Positions 27,800 through 38,167 of a stretch of DNA of 64,000 nucleotides are shown here, piece by piece. Every line of letters begins with the position of its first letter. The first letter of the stretch is position 1. The stretch is from Oscillospiraceae bacterium (GTDB lineage Bacteria > Bacillota_I > Bacilli_A > RF39 > UBA660). The position numbers and the translations under genes are program-made. The DNA lies in NCBI GenBank assembly GCA_963632935.1, contig CAVGWA010000001.1, forward strand, positions 20,216 to 84,215, given 5' to 3'. The notes beneath the pieces are model-generated. The model did not search any database. It saw only the letters and a program-made list of their open reading frames with translations, and had not been told where the DNA came from.

Positions 27800-29308
27800 A
27801 TGAAAAAACAAATAATATCTGAATTTATTGATTGGTTAAAAAAAGAAAACTTATCTATAACCAATTTAAATGCAAAAAATACAATTGCTATTTATATTAG
27901 AGTATCAACTAACAAGCAAGAAGAATTAAGCCCATTAAGCCAATTAAAAGAGATATATAAATATGCTGTAAGAAATAATTATCAAATTGATATAAATCAA
28001 ATTTATGTAGAAGAGGAAGGTATAAGTGGTAAACATGCTGAAAAACGTAATGAATTTCAAAGTATGATTGCACACGCTAAATCTAAAGAAAAAGAATTTG
28101 ATACTATTGTTGTGTGGAAATTTTCAAGATTTGCAAGAAACCAAGAAGAAAGTATTGTTTATAAGAATATGCTTAAGAAAAACAATGTTAACGTTGTAAG
28201 TGTATCAGAACCTATCATAGATGGTCCTTTTGGCAGCCTGATAGAGCGAATTATCGAGTGGATGGATGAATACTACTTAATACGTCTTTCAGGTGAAGTT
28301 ACACGTGGAATGACCGAAGCAGCCAATCAAGGTCGTGTTCTTAGTACAGCACCGTTTGGATATCGTAATGAAAATAAAAAATATATAATTCATGAAGAAG
28401 AGGCGAAAATAGTTAAATGGATTTTTGAAACTTTTGTAGATGGAAAAATGAGCCAAATTGAAATGGCTAGACATATTAATAATCTAGGATTTAAAACCAA
28501 AAGGGGAAGTAAGTTTGAAAATAGAACTATTTCATACATTTTATTAAATCCGACGTATACTGGTAAAATACGATGGACGCCTAATGGAAAACTCACAAGA
28601 GAAGAACTATATAATAATACTAAATCAATTATAACAAAGGGAACACACGAGGCAATTATTAGTGAAGAATTATTTAAAAAGGCAAATGAAAGACTAAAAG
28701 AAAACAGGAAGTTCATGCACTCACATGAACATCACACAAAAATATGGCACTGGATGAAAGGTTTAATAAGATGTGAGTGTGGAAGGACATTTGTTAGAAC
28801 CAGTGGAAAATTACGCTGTAATGGGTATAATAAAGGTACTTGTACAGCATCTGATAGAATAGACTATAATGAAGTAGAATGCCTTGTTTTGGAACAATTA
28901 AAAAGAGATAGCACGCATAAAATAGCAATTGAAAATATAGTACAATCAAAAAAAGAGTCTAAAAAGACAAATGATCTAGAATATGAGGCACTTAAAAATT
29001 TAGAAAAAAAAGAAGAAAGAATAAAGGAAGCTTATCTTAATGGAATAGATTCATTAACTGAATATAAATATAATAAACAAAAGATACAAAAGGAACGAGA
29101 AATATTATTACAAAAAATAGAAGAAAATACAGAAAAAAAAGAAGATATTTCTATTGAAGAAAAGATAAGTGAAAACTTAAAAACCATCTACGAAACGCTT
29201 ACTGATGATAATGTAGATATAAAAAAGAAGTATGATATTGCCCATAGATATATAAACGTAATTACTTATAAAAGCGGCGTTTTATACATGAAATATAACG
29301 ATTTTTAG
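27800..29308 (+). CDS. large serine recombinase (prophage integrase, SpoIVCA/SprA-like class). Probable start at MKKQII (27800); the ORF is open from 27764.
   Basis: N-terminal resolvase domain AIYIRVSTNKQEE...S with catalytic Ser. Recombinase and zinc-ribbon regions and C-terminal coiled coil. Ends 20 bp from the attR core. Confidence 0.9.
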   Translation: MKKQIISEFIDWLKKENLSITNLNAKNTIAIYIRVSTNKQEELSPLSQLKEIYKYAVRNNYQIDINQIYVEEEGISGKHAEKRNEFQSMIAHAKSKEKEFDTIVVWKFSRFARNQEESIVYKNMLKKNNVNVVSVSEPIIDGPFGSLIERIIEWMDEYYLIRLSGEVTRGMTEAANQGRVLSTAPFGYRNENKKYIIHEEEAKIVKWIFETFVDGKMSQIEMARHINNLGFKTKRGSKFENRTISYILLNPTYTGKIRWTPNGKLTREELYNNTKSIITKGTHEAIISEELFKKANERLKENRKFMHSHEHHTKIWHWMKGLIRCECGRTFVRTSGKLRCNGYNKGTCTASDRIDYNEVECLVLEQLKRDSTHKIAIENIVQSKKESKKTNDLEYEALKNLEKKEERIKEAYLNGIDSLTEYKYNKQKIQKEREILLQKIEENTEKKEDISIEEKISENLKTIYETLTDDNVDIKKKYDIAHRYINVITYKSGVLYMKYNDF

Positions 29309-29328
29309 GGTTTTTGTCCTTTTTGGTG

Positions 29329-29339
29329 TATGGTGGACC
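29329..29339. repeat. attR core TATGGTGGACC, with putative crossover GG at 29335-29336.
   Basis: Identical to 935-945. The cotJC reading frame resumes through it. Confidence 0.8.
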
Positions 29340-29802
29340 CGCTGGTGAGCTTGCGGCTGCGTTTCAATATTTAGATCAACGTTATAATATGCCTGATGAT
29401 CGTGGTAAGGCTTTACTTACTGATATTGGTACTGAAGAGTTAGCTCATGTTGAGATTATTTCAACTATGGTGTATCAACTTATGAAAGGTGCGACTAAGG
29501 ACGAACTTTTAAAGGCTGGCTTGGATGGAATGTATGCTCAATTTGGAAGGGATTTATTTCCTTCTGATGCGATGGGAAATCCTTTTAATATGAGTTATAT
29601 TAAAGTTTCTGGTGATTATATTGCTGATTTGGAAAGTGATATGGGAGCGGAACAAAGAGCGCGAGCTACTTATGAACATTTGATGGATTTGACCGATGAT
29701 GCTGATATTTTGGGACCACTTTCTTTTTTAAGACAAAGGGAAATTATTCATTATCAAAGATTTAAGGAATTGCGTGATTATTATTTAAGTATGAAAAAAT
29801 AA
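29330..29802 (+). CDS. cotJC: 3' segment of cotJC (manganese-catalase-family spore coat protein). Conserved sequence resumes at ...YGGPAGELAAAFQYLDQRYNMPDD. The ORF-track Met at 29314 is fortuitous.
   Basis: Strong similarity to CotJC/Mn-catalase (GELAA..YL.QRY, EEL.H.E.I). The reading frame across the reconstructed attB is continuous with 851-946. Confidence 0.85.
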
Positions 29803-29804
29803 TG

Positions 29805-29826
29805 CTTTATAGCATTTTTTTGTATT
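29805..29826 (+). terminator. rho-independent terminator after cotJC (ATGCTTTATAGCAT hairpin plus T7).
   Basis: Hairpin and T-run seen directly. Confidence 0.55.
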
Positions 29827-29865
29827 GTTTTTTATTTTTATATAATAATAATTATAGGTGATGAT

Positions 29866-30519
29866 ATGAAAAGATTACTAATTTTTATTATTCCTTTTTT
29901 AATTTTGGGATGTTCAAAAAAGCTTGAGATAAATGATAAAATTACTGAGATTAAATATAATAATTATGTTATTGATAGTGGTGATTTTAATAAGATTAAA
30001 AATATGATAGGAACTAATTTTAACAAAAAATATGGTGGAAATTTAGCTGATAAGTTAATAATTAAAACTACAAAGGATATATATTTTTTTTATTTAGATG
30101 ATGAAATGATTAAATATAATAGCATGGTTCAATATAATAATAAATTAAATAAATTTTTAAAAAGTTTGATTGAAAAATATACTAATAAGGATTTTTATTT
30201 TATAGAATATAAGAAAAATTATGAAGATGGTGATAATAATATTTTGCTTGATAAAACATCTAATTATATTGTTTTAAATTTTAATGAGGATGTTTATGAT
30301 TTTAGAATTAATGAGATTGAAAAAAGTAATGATAAATTTGAAGAGGTTAATTTACTTTATTCACAAGATGTGGTTAATGAAAATATTGTAATTCGTAAGA
30401 CTATTGATTATGAAAATCCTGATGTTAAGATTTCTTTTAAGAATAAATATGGTTATACTTTTTCTATTATTCCTTTTTATATTAATGATAATTTAAAATT
30501 TAATGTAAAAATTACATAA
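29866..30519 (+). CDS. lipoprotein (lipobox LILGC), hypothetical.
   Basis: Signal peptide with Cys lipobox. N/K/Y-rich body. Confidence 0.55.
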   Translation: MKRLLIFIIPFLILGCSKKLEINDKITEIKYNNYVIDSGDFNKIKNMIGTNFNKKYGGNLADKLIIKTTKDIYFFYLDDEMIKYNSMVQYNNKLNKFLKSLIEKYTNKDFYFIEYKKNYEDGDNNILLDKTSNYIVLNFNEDVYDFRINEIEKSNDKFEEVNLLYSQDVVNENIVIRKTIDYENPDVKISFKNKYGYTFSIIPFYINDNLKFNVKIT

Positions 30520-30523
30520 TAAA

Positions 30524-30550
30524 AGTCGCTTGATAGCGACTAATTTTTCT
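30524..30550. terminator. bidirectional terminator (AGTCGCTTGATAGCGACT hairpin) between the convergent lipoprotein gene and typA.
   Basis: Hairpin with A/T runs on both sides. Confidence 0.55.
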
Positions 30551-32351
30551 TATTTGAATATTTTTTTCTTTCGTTTGTGTTTAATATTTTTTTTCTTAAT
30601 CTGTATGAAACTGGTGTTACTTCGACTAATTCATCTTCATTAATGTAGTCTAAGCAAACTTCTAAGCTCATTTCTCTTGGTCTTTTTAAAACTACTGTAT
30701 GGTCTTTATTAGCACTTCTTGTGTTTGTTAGTTGTTTTCCTTTGGTCACATTAACGGCTAAATCATTATCATGATTATTTTCTCCAACTATCATTCCCTC
30801 GTAAACATCTGTACCTGGTGCGACAAACATTACTCCCCTATCTTCTAGTGAACCTAAGGCATAAGCTGTTGCTTTACCACCGTCTATTGATACTAAAACT
30901 CCGGCTTTTCTTTCTCCTATATTTCCACTAGTCATTTTTTCATATGATTTAAATGCATGGCTTAGGATACCATATCCTTTTGTTAATGTCATGAATTCTG
31001 TTGTAAAACCGATTAATCCTCTTGATGGAATTGTATATAAAAGTTTTGTTTGATTATCAAATGGTTGCATGTTTTCCATTGTACCACCACGGTTTCCTAA
31101 TGCTTCGATTACTGATCCTACATATTCTTCTGGAACTTCTATTTCAACATCTTCGTATGGTTCGTATTTTGTTCCATCTATTTCTTTTATAATGATTTGC
31201 GGTTTTGATACTTGTAGTTCGTATCCTTCACGTCTCATTGTTTCAATTAATATAGATAGATGTAATTCACCACGACCTGATACTATCCAGGATTCTGAAT
31301 CTAATTGTTTTACTTTTAAGGAAACGTCTTTATCTGTTTCTTTTAGTAATCTTTCTTCTATTTGTCTTGCAGTTAGGAATTTTCCTTCACGTCCATTGAA
31401 AGGACTTGTATTTACGCCAAATGTCATTTGAAGTGTTGGTTCATCAATTCTTAATGTAGGTAAGGCTTCTTCGTGTCCTACTTCGCAGATGGTTTCTCCT
31501 ACTGATATGTCTGGAAGACCTGCAATTGCGACTATATCTCCTGCATGTGCTTCAGTAACTTCAATTTTATTTAATCCTAAATAGCCAAAGATTTTTTGAA
31601 TTCTAAATTGTTTAACTGTTCCATCTAGTCGCATGCAAGAAACATTTGAGTTTACTTTTATGTGTCCTCTTTTGACTACACCGATTCCAATACGTCCGAC
31701 AAAGTCATTATAATCAAGTAAAGCAGGTTGAAATTGGAATGAGCCATTTTCATCTACTTCTGGGGCTGGTATATTTTCAATAACAGCATCTAAAATTGGA
31801 TCCATTGTTTGTTTTTGATCACTTACTTCAGGACTTGTACTTGATGTCCCATTTAGGGCTGATGCATATAGAACTGGAAATTCTAGTTGTTCTAAAGATG
31901 CTCCTAATTCAATAAATAGGTCCATCACTTCATCTACAACAGCTGCTGGTCTAGCGGATGGTTTATCTATTTTATTAACTACAACAATTGGAGTTACCCC
32001 TGCAGCTAGGGCTTTTTTTAATACAAATCTTGTCTGTGGCATGGTTCCTTCATAAGCATCTACTACTAGTAATACACCATCTACCATGTTCATTATTCTT
32101 TCTACTTCACCGCCGAAGTCAGCATGTCCTGGTGTATCTAATATATTAATTCTATAGTCTTTGTAATTTATAGCTGTTGTTTTAGAAAGAATTGTAATTC
32201 CTCTTTCTCTTTCTAAGTCATTTGAATCCATTGCTCTTGTTTGAACTGTTTCATTTTCTCTAAATGTTCCTGATTGTTTTAGTAGTTGGTCTACTAATGT
32301 TGTTTTTCCATGGTCGACATGGGCAATTATTGCTATATTTCTTTGTTTCAT
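30540..32351 (-). CDS. typA: translational GTPase TypA/BipA. Likely start at [18 protein letters not shown]; the ORF is open to 32372.
   Basis: G1 [21 protein letters not shown] motifs. ~603 aa. Domain order of BipA. Confidence 0.9.
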   Translation of the reverse strand: MKQRNIAIIAHVDHGKTTLVDQLLKQSGTFRENETVQTRAMDSNDLERERGITILSKTTAINYKDYRINILDTPGHADFGGEVERIMNMVDGVLLVVDAYEGTMPQTRFVLKKALAAGVTPIVVVNKIDKPSARPAAVVDEVMDLFIELGASLEQLEFPVLYASALNGTSSTSPEVSDQKQTMDPILDAVIENIPAPEVDENGSFQFQPALLDYNDFVGRIGIGVVKRGHIKVNSNVSCMRLDGTVKQFRIQKIFGYLGLNKIEVTEAHAGDIVAIAGLPDISVGETICEVGHEEALPTLRIDEPTLQMTFGVNTSPFNGREGKFLTARQIEERLLKETDKDVSLKVKQLDSESWIVSGRGELHLSILIETMRREGYELQVSKPQIIIKEIDGTKYEPYEDVEIEVPEEYVGSVIEALGNRGGTMENMQPFDNQTKLLYTIPSRGLIGFTTEFMTLTKGYGILSHAFKSYEKMTSGNIGERKAGVLVSIDGGKATAYALGSLEDRGVMFVAPGTDVYEGMIVGENNHDNDLAVNVTKGKQLTNTRSANKDHTVVLKRPREMSLEVCLDYINEDELVEVTPVSYRLRKKILNTNERKKYSNKKN

Positions 32352-32424
32352 ACATACTCCCTCTTTTCGCACTAGGGTTAATTATAGCACGTATAGTATA
32401 AGTTGTAAACCTTTTTAGGTAAGA

Positions 32425-32452
32425 AAAAAGCTTGATAATTTATCAAGGCTTT
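32425..32452 (-). terminator. rho-independent terminator downstream of the NUDIX gene (AAGCCTTGATAAATTATCAAGCTT hairpin plus T-run).
   Basis: Seen directly. Confidence 0.5.
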
Positions 32453-32454
32453 GT

Positions 32455-32895
32455 TTAGTTTTCCTCATTAAAATAATTTTTTAGTATGTAGTCAAATGTA
32501 ATTTTTATGTCGGGAAATACTGGCATTTCTTCTAGTTGTTTTCTAGTAAACCATCCTATGTCAGTACTTTCTGAACTGATTTTTAAGGAAGCTTCTAGAT
32601 TATTAGGAATACCAACATATATAATATCTATGTGCTTATCTCCATTAATTTTTCTATTGCACTGTATTCCTAATGGTCTTATTAAATCATCTTCTCTTGG
32701 AAAATGTTCACCTAATAATGTTATTTTTAAGCCTGTTTCTTCATATACTTCTCTTATTGCGGCTTCTTCTGGAGTTTCATTTTCTTCAATATGACCTCCT
32801 GGTTGGGTCCATTTTCCCCATATTGCATGTTTTACTAATAATAATTTTTTTTCATCATTTACTACAAATGCGGATGCACAAAAGTGTCTTTTCAT
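32455..32895 (-). CDS. NUDIX hydrolase.
   Basis: Nudix box GGHIEENETPEEAAIREVYEETGL. Confidence 0.75.
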   Translation of the reverse strand: MKRHFCASAFVVNDEKKLLLVKHAIWGKWTQPGGHIEENETPEEAAIREVYEETGLKITLLGEHFPREDDLIRPLGIQCNRKINGDKHIDIIYVGIPNNLEASLKISSESTDIGWFTRKQLEEMPVFPDIKITFDYILKNYFNEEN

Positions 32896-32937
32896 ACTAT
32901 CACCGTTTTTAAGTATAGCAAATTATTTATTTTATTA

Positions 32938-33657
32938 CTAGTTTAATACGTCGTAACTTTCTTGGTTTACATTTTTTTCGTAAATTTCTAAATTTTCTTG
33001 TAGATCTAGTGTGGCTAGTATGATGTTTTCTAGTTTAATTCCTTTTATTTTTATTTCATGTTCTAACCATTTTTTATCTTTGTTCATAGTTTCTAATGAT
33101 TCTTCAATTATTTGTCCGTCTACTATTAGGTTTGCACATAGTCCTGATTTTTGTTTTTTTATTTTTAGGTCTTTATTATTTGGAAGTTGATAATCTGGTT
33201 TTAATAAAAAGCTTATTTTACCGTTTGCTTCCATTAAGGCATAATCTATTTCTGATAGGTCAAAGTGTCCATTTATTCTACATTCTTCTAATAGATCGTT
33301 AATATCAAATTTTGTTTTTTTTAGATTTTTATATATTACATTTCCATTTTCTATTAATATTGTAGGGTCTCCTATAAAGAATTTTCTTGCTTTTAAGTTT
33401 TTTAGTGTTAGTATGGAAACTAGGTATGCGACTAGTCCGAAAACTATTACAGCTATTATTCCATGAAGGTATTCTGATTTTAGATTTATTGACATTTCGG
33501 CTGCGAAGTTTCCTATTGATATTCCTATTACATAATCAAATAAGCTGAATTGGGATACTTGTTTTTTTCCTATCATTTTTGTTACTAGAAATAAGGTTAT
33601 TAATGATAATAAGCATCTTAATATTACATCTAAAATTTCTATTATTTCTTTTTCCAT
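32938..33657 (-). CDS. DUF421/YetF-family membrane protein.
   Basis: Two N-terminal TM helices plus YetF-like C-terminal domain pattern. Confidence 0.45.
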   Translation of the reverse strand: MEKEIIEILDVILRCLLSLITLFLVTKMIGKKQVSQFSLFDYVIGISIGNFAAEMSINLKSEYLHGIIAVIVFGLVAYLVSILTLKNLKARKFFIGDPTILIENGNVIYKNLKKTKFDINDLLEECRINGHFDLSEIDYALMEANGKISFLLKPDYQLPNNKDLKIKKQKSGLCANLIVDGQIIEESLETMNKDKKWLEHEIKIKGIKLENIILATLDLQENLEIYEKNVNQESYDVLN

Positions 33658-34004
33658 AAGTTCACCATTTTTATTATGGATATAAAAAAAATAATTATGT
33701 AAGAATTTTGGTTGTTTTATAAGTAGTGCTGGTGAGTGTAATTTACTACACTGTTTTTATATAAATTTAATACAATGTAATTGTTAATTAAACATTGAAA
33801 GGAATAAACTTATGTCTACAAATAATTATATACTAAATATTAAAGATGAAACAAGCGTTAAAAGAATTACTTTTGGTTATAAAAAATATGATTATTTTAT
33901 ATCTCGTATTTTCTTAATTAAAGGCATTATAAAGGGATGAATTTCTTCATCCCTAAATCATTTATCAAATTTATTGTTTACCAACACTATTTGACAAAGA
34001 ATCA

Positions 34005-35066
34005 TTATTTTTTATGTTTTTTATGCATATGGGCTGTGTCAACAACTATGTCTGTTTTTAACACGAATATTACAACTATTATTGTTAGTAATGCGTATAT
34101 TACGTATCCAACTTTTTGGTCATGAAGGACGTAGATAATTGATGCTATGGCAAATAGTATATCGATTGCATAAATGATTAATACTGTTGTTTTGTGTGAA
34201 AAATTTTTATTCAATAGTTGATGATGTAGATGTGATTTATCTGGTTTTGATATTTTTTCACCTTTTAAAAGTCTTCTAATGATTGCAAATACGGTATCTA
34301 ATATTGGAATTGCAAGAATTAGCAATGGTATTATTAAGGATGTTAGTGTTACACTTTTAAAGCCTAGTAAGGCTATTACAGCGATCATAAATCCCATGAA
34401 TAATGATCCTGAGTCACCAGCAAAGATTGATGCAGGGTGGAAGTTATGGACTAAGAAGCCTAATACTGATCCTAACATTATAAAAGTTAATACAAAGTCT
34501 AATCCCATTTTACCCATTATTATTGATATTATTCCGATTGTTGCGAAATATATTGCACTGATTCCTGATGCTAGTCCATCTAGACCATCAATTAAGTTAA
34601 TACAATTTAAGCATCCTAATATAAAGAATATTGTTATAGGATAAGCGAAAATTCCTAAATCTATATATAATCCAAATGCGGTAATATCTTGTATTAATAA
34701 TTTTCCATAGCAACATACTACTATTGCGGCCATTAGTTGGGCAACAAATTTAATGGATGCTTTTAATGGTTTTATGTCATCTATAGCTCCTGTTAGAACT
34801 ATGATGAAACTTCCTATTAAGATAGAATTCATTGTACTACTTGGTTCACCAAATAACATGTATCCGAATAAAAAGCCAAAGAATATTGCAAGACCACCTA
34901 ATCTTGGCATTGGCTTACTATGAACTTTTCTTGCATTTGGTATATCAAGTGCTCCTACATGAATTGCTATTTTTTTTATAAATGGAACTATACATACAAC
35001 GAATAAAAATGTTGTTATTATCATTAGAAATATTTTTATTATTTCGTTTTGTCCCATAAAACTCAC
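34005..35066 (-). CDS. tagO: undecaprenyl-phosphate GlcNAc-1-phosphate transferase (WecA/TagO, glycosyltransferase family 4).
   Basis: PNARKVHSKPMPRLGG, GAIDDI, NLIDGLDGLASG motifs of the MraY/WecA superfamily (WecA-type). Polytopic membrane protein. Confidence 0.7.
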   Translation of the reverse strand: MSFMGQNEIIKIFLMIITTFLFVVCIVPFIKKIAIHVGALDIPNARKVHSKPMPRLGGLAIFFGFLFGYMLFGEPSSTMNSILIGSFIIVLTGAIDDIKPLKASIKFVAQLMAAIVVCCYGKLLIQDITAFGLYIDLGIFAYPITIFFILGCLNCINLIDGLDGLASGISAIYFATIGIISIIMGKMGLDFVLTFIMLGSVLGFLVHNFHPASIFAGDSGSLFMGFMIAVIALLGFKSVTLTSLIIPLLILAIPILDTVFAIIRRLLKGEKISKPDKSHLHHQLLNKNFSHKTTVLIIYAIDILFAIASIIYVLHDQKVGYVIYALLTIIVVIFVLKTDIVVDTAHMHKKHKK

Positions 35067-35103
35067 CTCTTGTTTTTATTTTAACACATTTTGTTTATTT
35101 ATG

Positions 35104-35604
35104 CTATTGTTGTTTTAATTGATAGTTTATGCTGTAGGTTACTATTATTATGTATATAACCATTAATATAAAGTCATTATTAAAATTTAGTGTGGAAAAT
35201 AAGGTTTTAATTAATAATGTTGTACCGCTTAATGATGTTGATATTATTAATAATGGTTTTGTGAATTTAACGCCCAATATTCCAGCTAGTATGCCTGATA
35301 TTATTCCAAATATTATTCTTAAAGACTGATTAATACCTATAAACTGACATAAAATATATGCACTTACACCACATAGGATAAATATACCAATTAAATATAA
35401 TTTGTAAGATATAAAACCTATTATTATTCCTATTATGATTGAACATGTTGTTACCATCTGACTTTCTATTATGTATGATGGTAAAGATGCCAGTGCGAAT
35501 TTGTAACCGATTATGAATCCTAATATAGCTAATAATGCTTTACTGAATTTATAGCCAAAAAGACATGTAATAAATCCTAGTATTAAATCAAGAATTTTTG
35601 TCAT
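35104..35604 (-). CDS. hypothetical integral membrane protein.
   Basis: Multiple hydrophobic helices. Confidence 0.35.
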   Translation of the reverse strand: MTKILDLILGFITCLFGYKFSKALLAILGFIIGYKFALASLPSYIIESQMVTTCSIIIGIIIGFISYKLYLIGIFILCGVSAYILCQFIGINQSLRIIFGIISGILAGILGVKFTKPLLIISTSLSGTTLLIKTLFSTLNFNNDFILMVIYIIIVTYSINYQLKQQ

Positions 35605-35644
35605 ATATTCCTCCTTTTTTAATTATAGCACGAAAAAAGACGAA

Positions 35645-37054
35645 TTACTCGTCTTTGTAGAATATTTTATATGCTCTATAGGCATTATATATATCAAATT
35701 TACTTGTTATTTCGTATGGTGAGTGCATTGATAAGACGGGAATTCCACAATCTAGTACATCTAGACCTTTGTTGGCTAGTATATATGCGATTGTTCCACC
35801 ACCACCTACTCCTATTTTACCCATTTCACTATTTTGGTAGGCTATATTATTTCTTTCAAATAAATTTCTTATATATCCAACATATTCTGCGTTTGCATCT
35901 GAGGCTCCACCTTTACTGGCTGTTCCTGTATATTTTATTATTGAAATTCCATGGGATATATATGATTCGTTATTTTTTTCATATATGCCTTGGAAGTTTG
36001 GATTGTATGCTCCTGTTACGTCGGCTGATAGAACTTTTGAATTATTAAATATTTTATCTAATAACCCTACTTTATTTCCTACTGTTTTTTCTAATAATAT
36101 TTGAATAAAGTTTTCAAATGTTCTTGAACACATTCCAGTGTTTCCCACGCTTCCTATTTCTTCTTTATCTGCTAATAGGCAAATGCATGTTTTCTTTGGA
36201 TTTTCTATGTTTGCTAATGCTGTTATACTTGTATATGCACATGATCTATCATCTTGTCCATATCCAGCAATTAAACTTTTATCAAAGCCTAAACTTTTTG
36301 CATTAATTGCTGGAACAAATTCTATCTCACTACTAACAAAATCAGATTCGGTAATTTCGTATTTTTGGTTTAATAAATTTAAAATATTTAATTTTGTTTT
36401 TTCACTTATTTCTTCATCTGTTTCATATGGTATATTGCCAACTAATATATTTAAATCTTCACCACTTATTGCTTCTTCTAGGTTTTTTTTATTTTGCTGT
36501 TTTGAAAGATGTGGTAATAAATCTGCGATGGTGAATATTGGATCGTCTTCTTTTTCTCCAATGTTTACTGTTAGTTTTTCACCATTTGCTTTTATTATTA
36601 CACCATGCATGCTTAATGGAATATTTACCCATTGATATTTTTTTATTCCACCATAGTAGTGTGTTTTAAACATTGCAAGTTCTGTTTGTTCGTATAATGG
36701 GTTAGGTTTTAAATCTAATCTTGGTGAGTCAATGTGAGCTCCTATTATGTTAAATCCTTTTTCTAAATCTTCACTTCCTATTATTGCGGCATAGATATTT
36801 TTGTTTCTATTTATATAAAATACTTTTTCTCCTGCTTTTAGGCATTCTTCTTTTTCAATATTTTTAAAACCGTTTTTTATTAATAGTTGTGATATTTTTT
36901 CAACGCATTCTCTTTCTGTTTTTGCTTCATTTAGAAATTTTATATATTTATTACTGTAATCAAATATTTTTTCTTTTTCTTCTTTGGTTGTTTTTTCCCA
37001 ACCTGATTTTGATTTTTTGAATAGTTTTTCTTTTAATTCTTTAGCGTTTTTCAT
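35645..37054 (-). CDS. M18-family aminopeptidase.
   Basis: 469 aa. GAHIDSP and conserved His/Asp/Glu metal-ligand blocks typical of M18 aminopeptidases. Confidence 0.65.
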   Translation of the reverse strand: MKNAKELKEKLFKKSKSGWEKTTKEEKEKIFDYSNKYIKFLNEAKTERECVEKISQLLIKNGFKNIEKEECLKAGEKVFYINRNKNIYAAIIGSEDLEKGFNIIGAHIDSPRLDLKPNPLYEQTELAMFKTHYYGGIKKYQWVNIPLSMHGVIIKANGEKLTVNIGEKEDDPIFTIADLLPHLSKQQNKKNLEEAISGEDLNILVGNIPYETDEEISEKTKLNILNLLNQKYEITESDFVSSEIEFVPAINAKSLGFDKSLIAGYGQDDRSCAYTSITALANIENPKKTCICLLADKEEIGSVGNTGMCSRTFENFIQILLEKTVGNKVGLLDKIFNNSKVLSADVTGAYNPNFQGIYEKNNESYISHGISIIKYTGTASKGGASDANAEYVGYIRNLFERNNIAYQNSEMGKIGVGGGGTIAYILANKGLDVLDCGIPVLSMHSPYEITSKFDIYNAYRAYKIFYKDE

Positions 37055-37079
37055 ATATGACCTCCATTTGTATTATGGA

Positions 37080-38087
37080 CTAATAATTTTTGTTTAAACC
37101 ACTTTCTAGTAATGGGATGTTTTCTAATAAGACACCTGTTCCTTCAACTACACATGTAAGTGGTGATTCTGCTATAAATACTGGAACTTTTAGTTCGTGA
37201 CTTAAAAGTTTATCTATCCCATCTAAGAGTGCTCCACCGCCTGTTATTACTATTCCTTTATCAATTATGTCTGCTGATAATTCTGGTGGTGTTTGTTCTA
37301 AAACCGATTTTGCTGTTCCAACAATTACGTAAGCACTTTCTCTTAGAGCTTCTTCTACTTCTTCTGATGATAATGTTATTGTATGAGGTAGACCTGTTAC
37401 TAAGTCACGACCTCTTACTTCCATCTTTTCATCTTTTGATCCTGGAAAAACTGTTCCTATTTGAAATTTTATTTCTTCAGCTGTTCTATCTCCTACTAAC
37501 AATTTATATTTTTCTCTGATGTATTTTATTATGTCATTATCAAAAACGTTTCCGGCTATTTTTATTGATGAAGATGTTACTATACCACCTAGTGATAAAA
37601 CTGCAACATCGGTTGTTCCTCCACCAATATCAATTACCATGTTTCCACTTGGTTTTGATATGTCCATTCCAGCGCCTACGGCTGCTACTTTTGGTTCTTC
37701 TTCTAGGTATACTTTTCTAGCACCCGTTTTTTCTGCGGCTTCTCTTATAGCGTTTTTTTCTACTTGTGTTATGTTTGAAGGACAGCATATTAGTATTCTT
37801 GGTCTGCCAAAGAAGCTTTTTCCATTTACTTTTCTTATAAAATTATTAAGCATAATTTCTGTTATTTCGAAGTCTGCAATTACTCCATCTTTCATTGGTC
37901 TTATGGCTTTTACTTGTCCAGGGGTTCTTCCTAACATTTCTTTTGCAGTTGTTCCAACGGCAACTGGTCTTTTTGTTTCTTCATCTATGGCCACTACACT
38001 TGGTTCATTTAATACTATTCCTTGTCCTTTTATGTAAATTAGAACATTTGCTGTTCCTAAATCTATTCCTATATCTTTTGAAAACAT
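37080..38087 (-). CDS. mreB: rod-shape determining actin homologue MreB/Mbl.
   Basis: DIGIDLGTANVLIY...GGGTTD and actin-fold phosphate motifs. 335 aa. Confidence 0.85.
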   Translation of the reverse strand: MFSKDIGIDLGTANVLIYIKGQGIVLNEPSVVAIDEETKRPVAVGTTAKEMLGRTPGQVKAIRPMKDGVIADFEITEIMLNNFIRKVNGKSFFGRPRILICCPSNITQVEKNAIREAAEKTGARKVYLEEEPKVAAVGAGMDISKPSGNMVIDIGGGTTDVAVLSLGGIVTSSSIKIAGNVFDNDIIKYIREKYKLLVGDRTAEEIKFQIGTVFPGSKDEKMEVRGRDLVTGLPHTITLSSEEVEEALRESAYVIVGTAKSVLEQTPPELSADIIDKGIVITGGGALLDGIDKLLSHELKVPVFIAESPLTCVVEGTGVLLENIPLLESGLNKNY

Positions 38088-38167
38088 TTTATCACCCTTT
38101 TTCTTTAAGTATTATAACATACAGCGTTCTTTATTCGCAACAAATTATTTCGACATTTTATTAATAA

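Larger units (their letters stand above)
943..29336. mobile_element. integrated temperate siphovirus-type prophage (~28.4 kb) inserted in cotJC. Bounded by TATGGTGGACC cores, with the large serine recombinase next to the right junction.
   Basis: Complete lysis, tail, head, packaging, replication and lysogeny modules lie between the two cotJC halves. An 11-bp direct repeat is at both junctions. The reconstructed attP is a 32-bp dyad. Confidence 0.85.

Noticed and set aside
29314-29802. Taking the ORF-track start MSFLVYGGP at 29314 as the true start of an intact short CotJC.
   Set aside because: The conserved CotJC N-terminal 32 residues are found in-frame 28 kb upstream, ending at the same 11-bp core. 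The Met at 29314 lies in phage-derived sequence and lacks an RBS.
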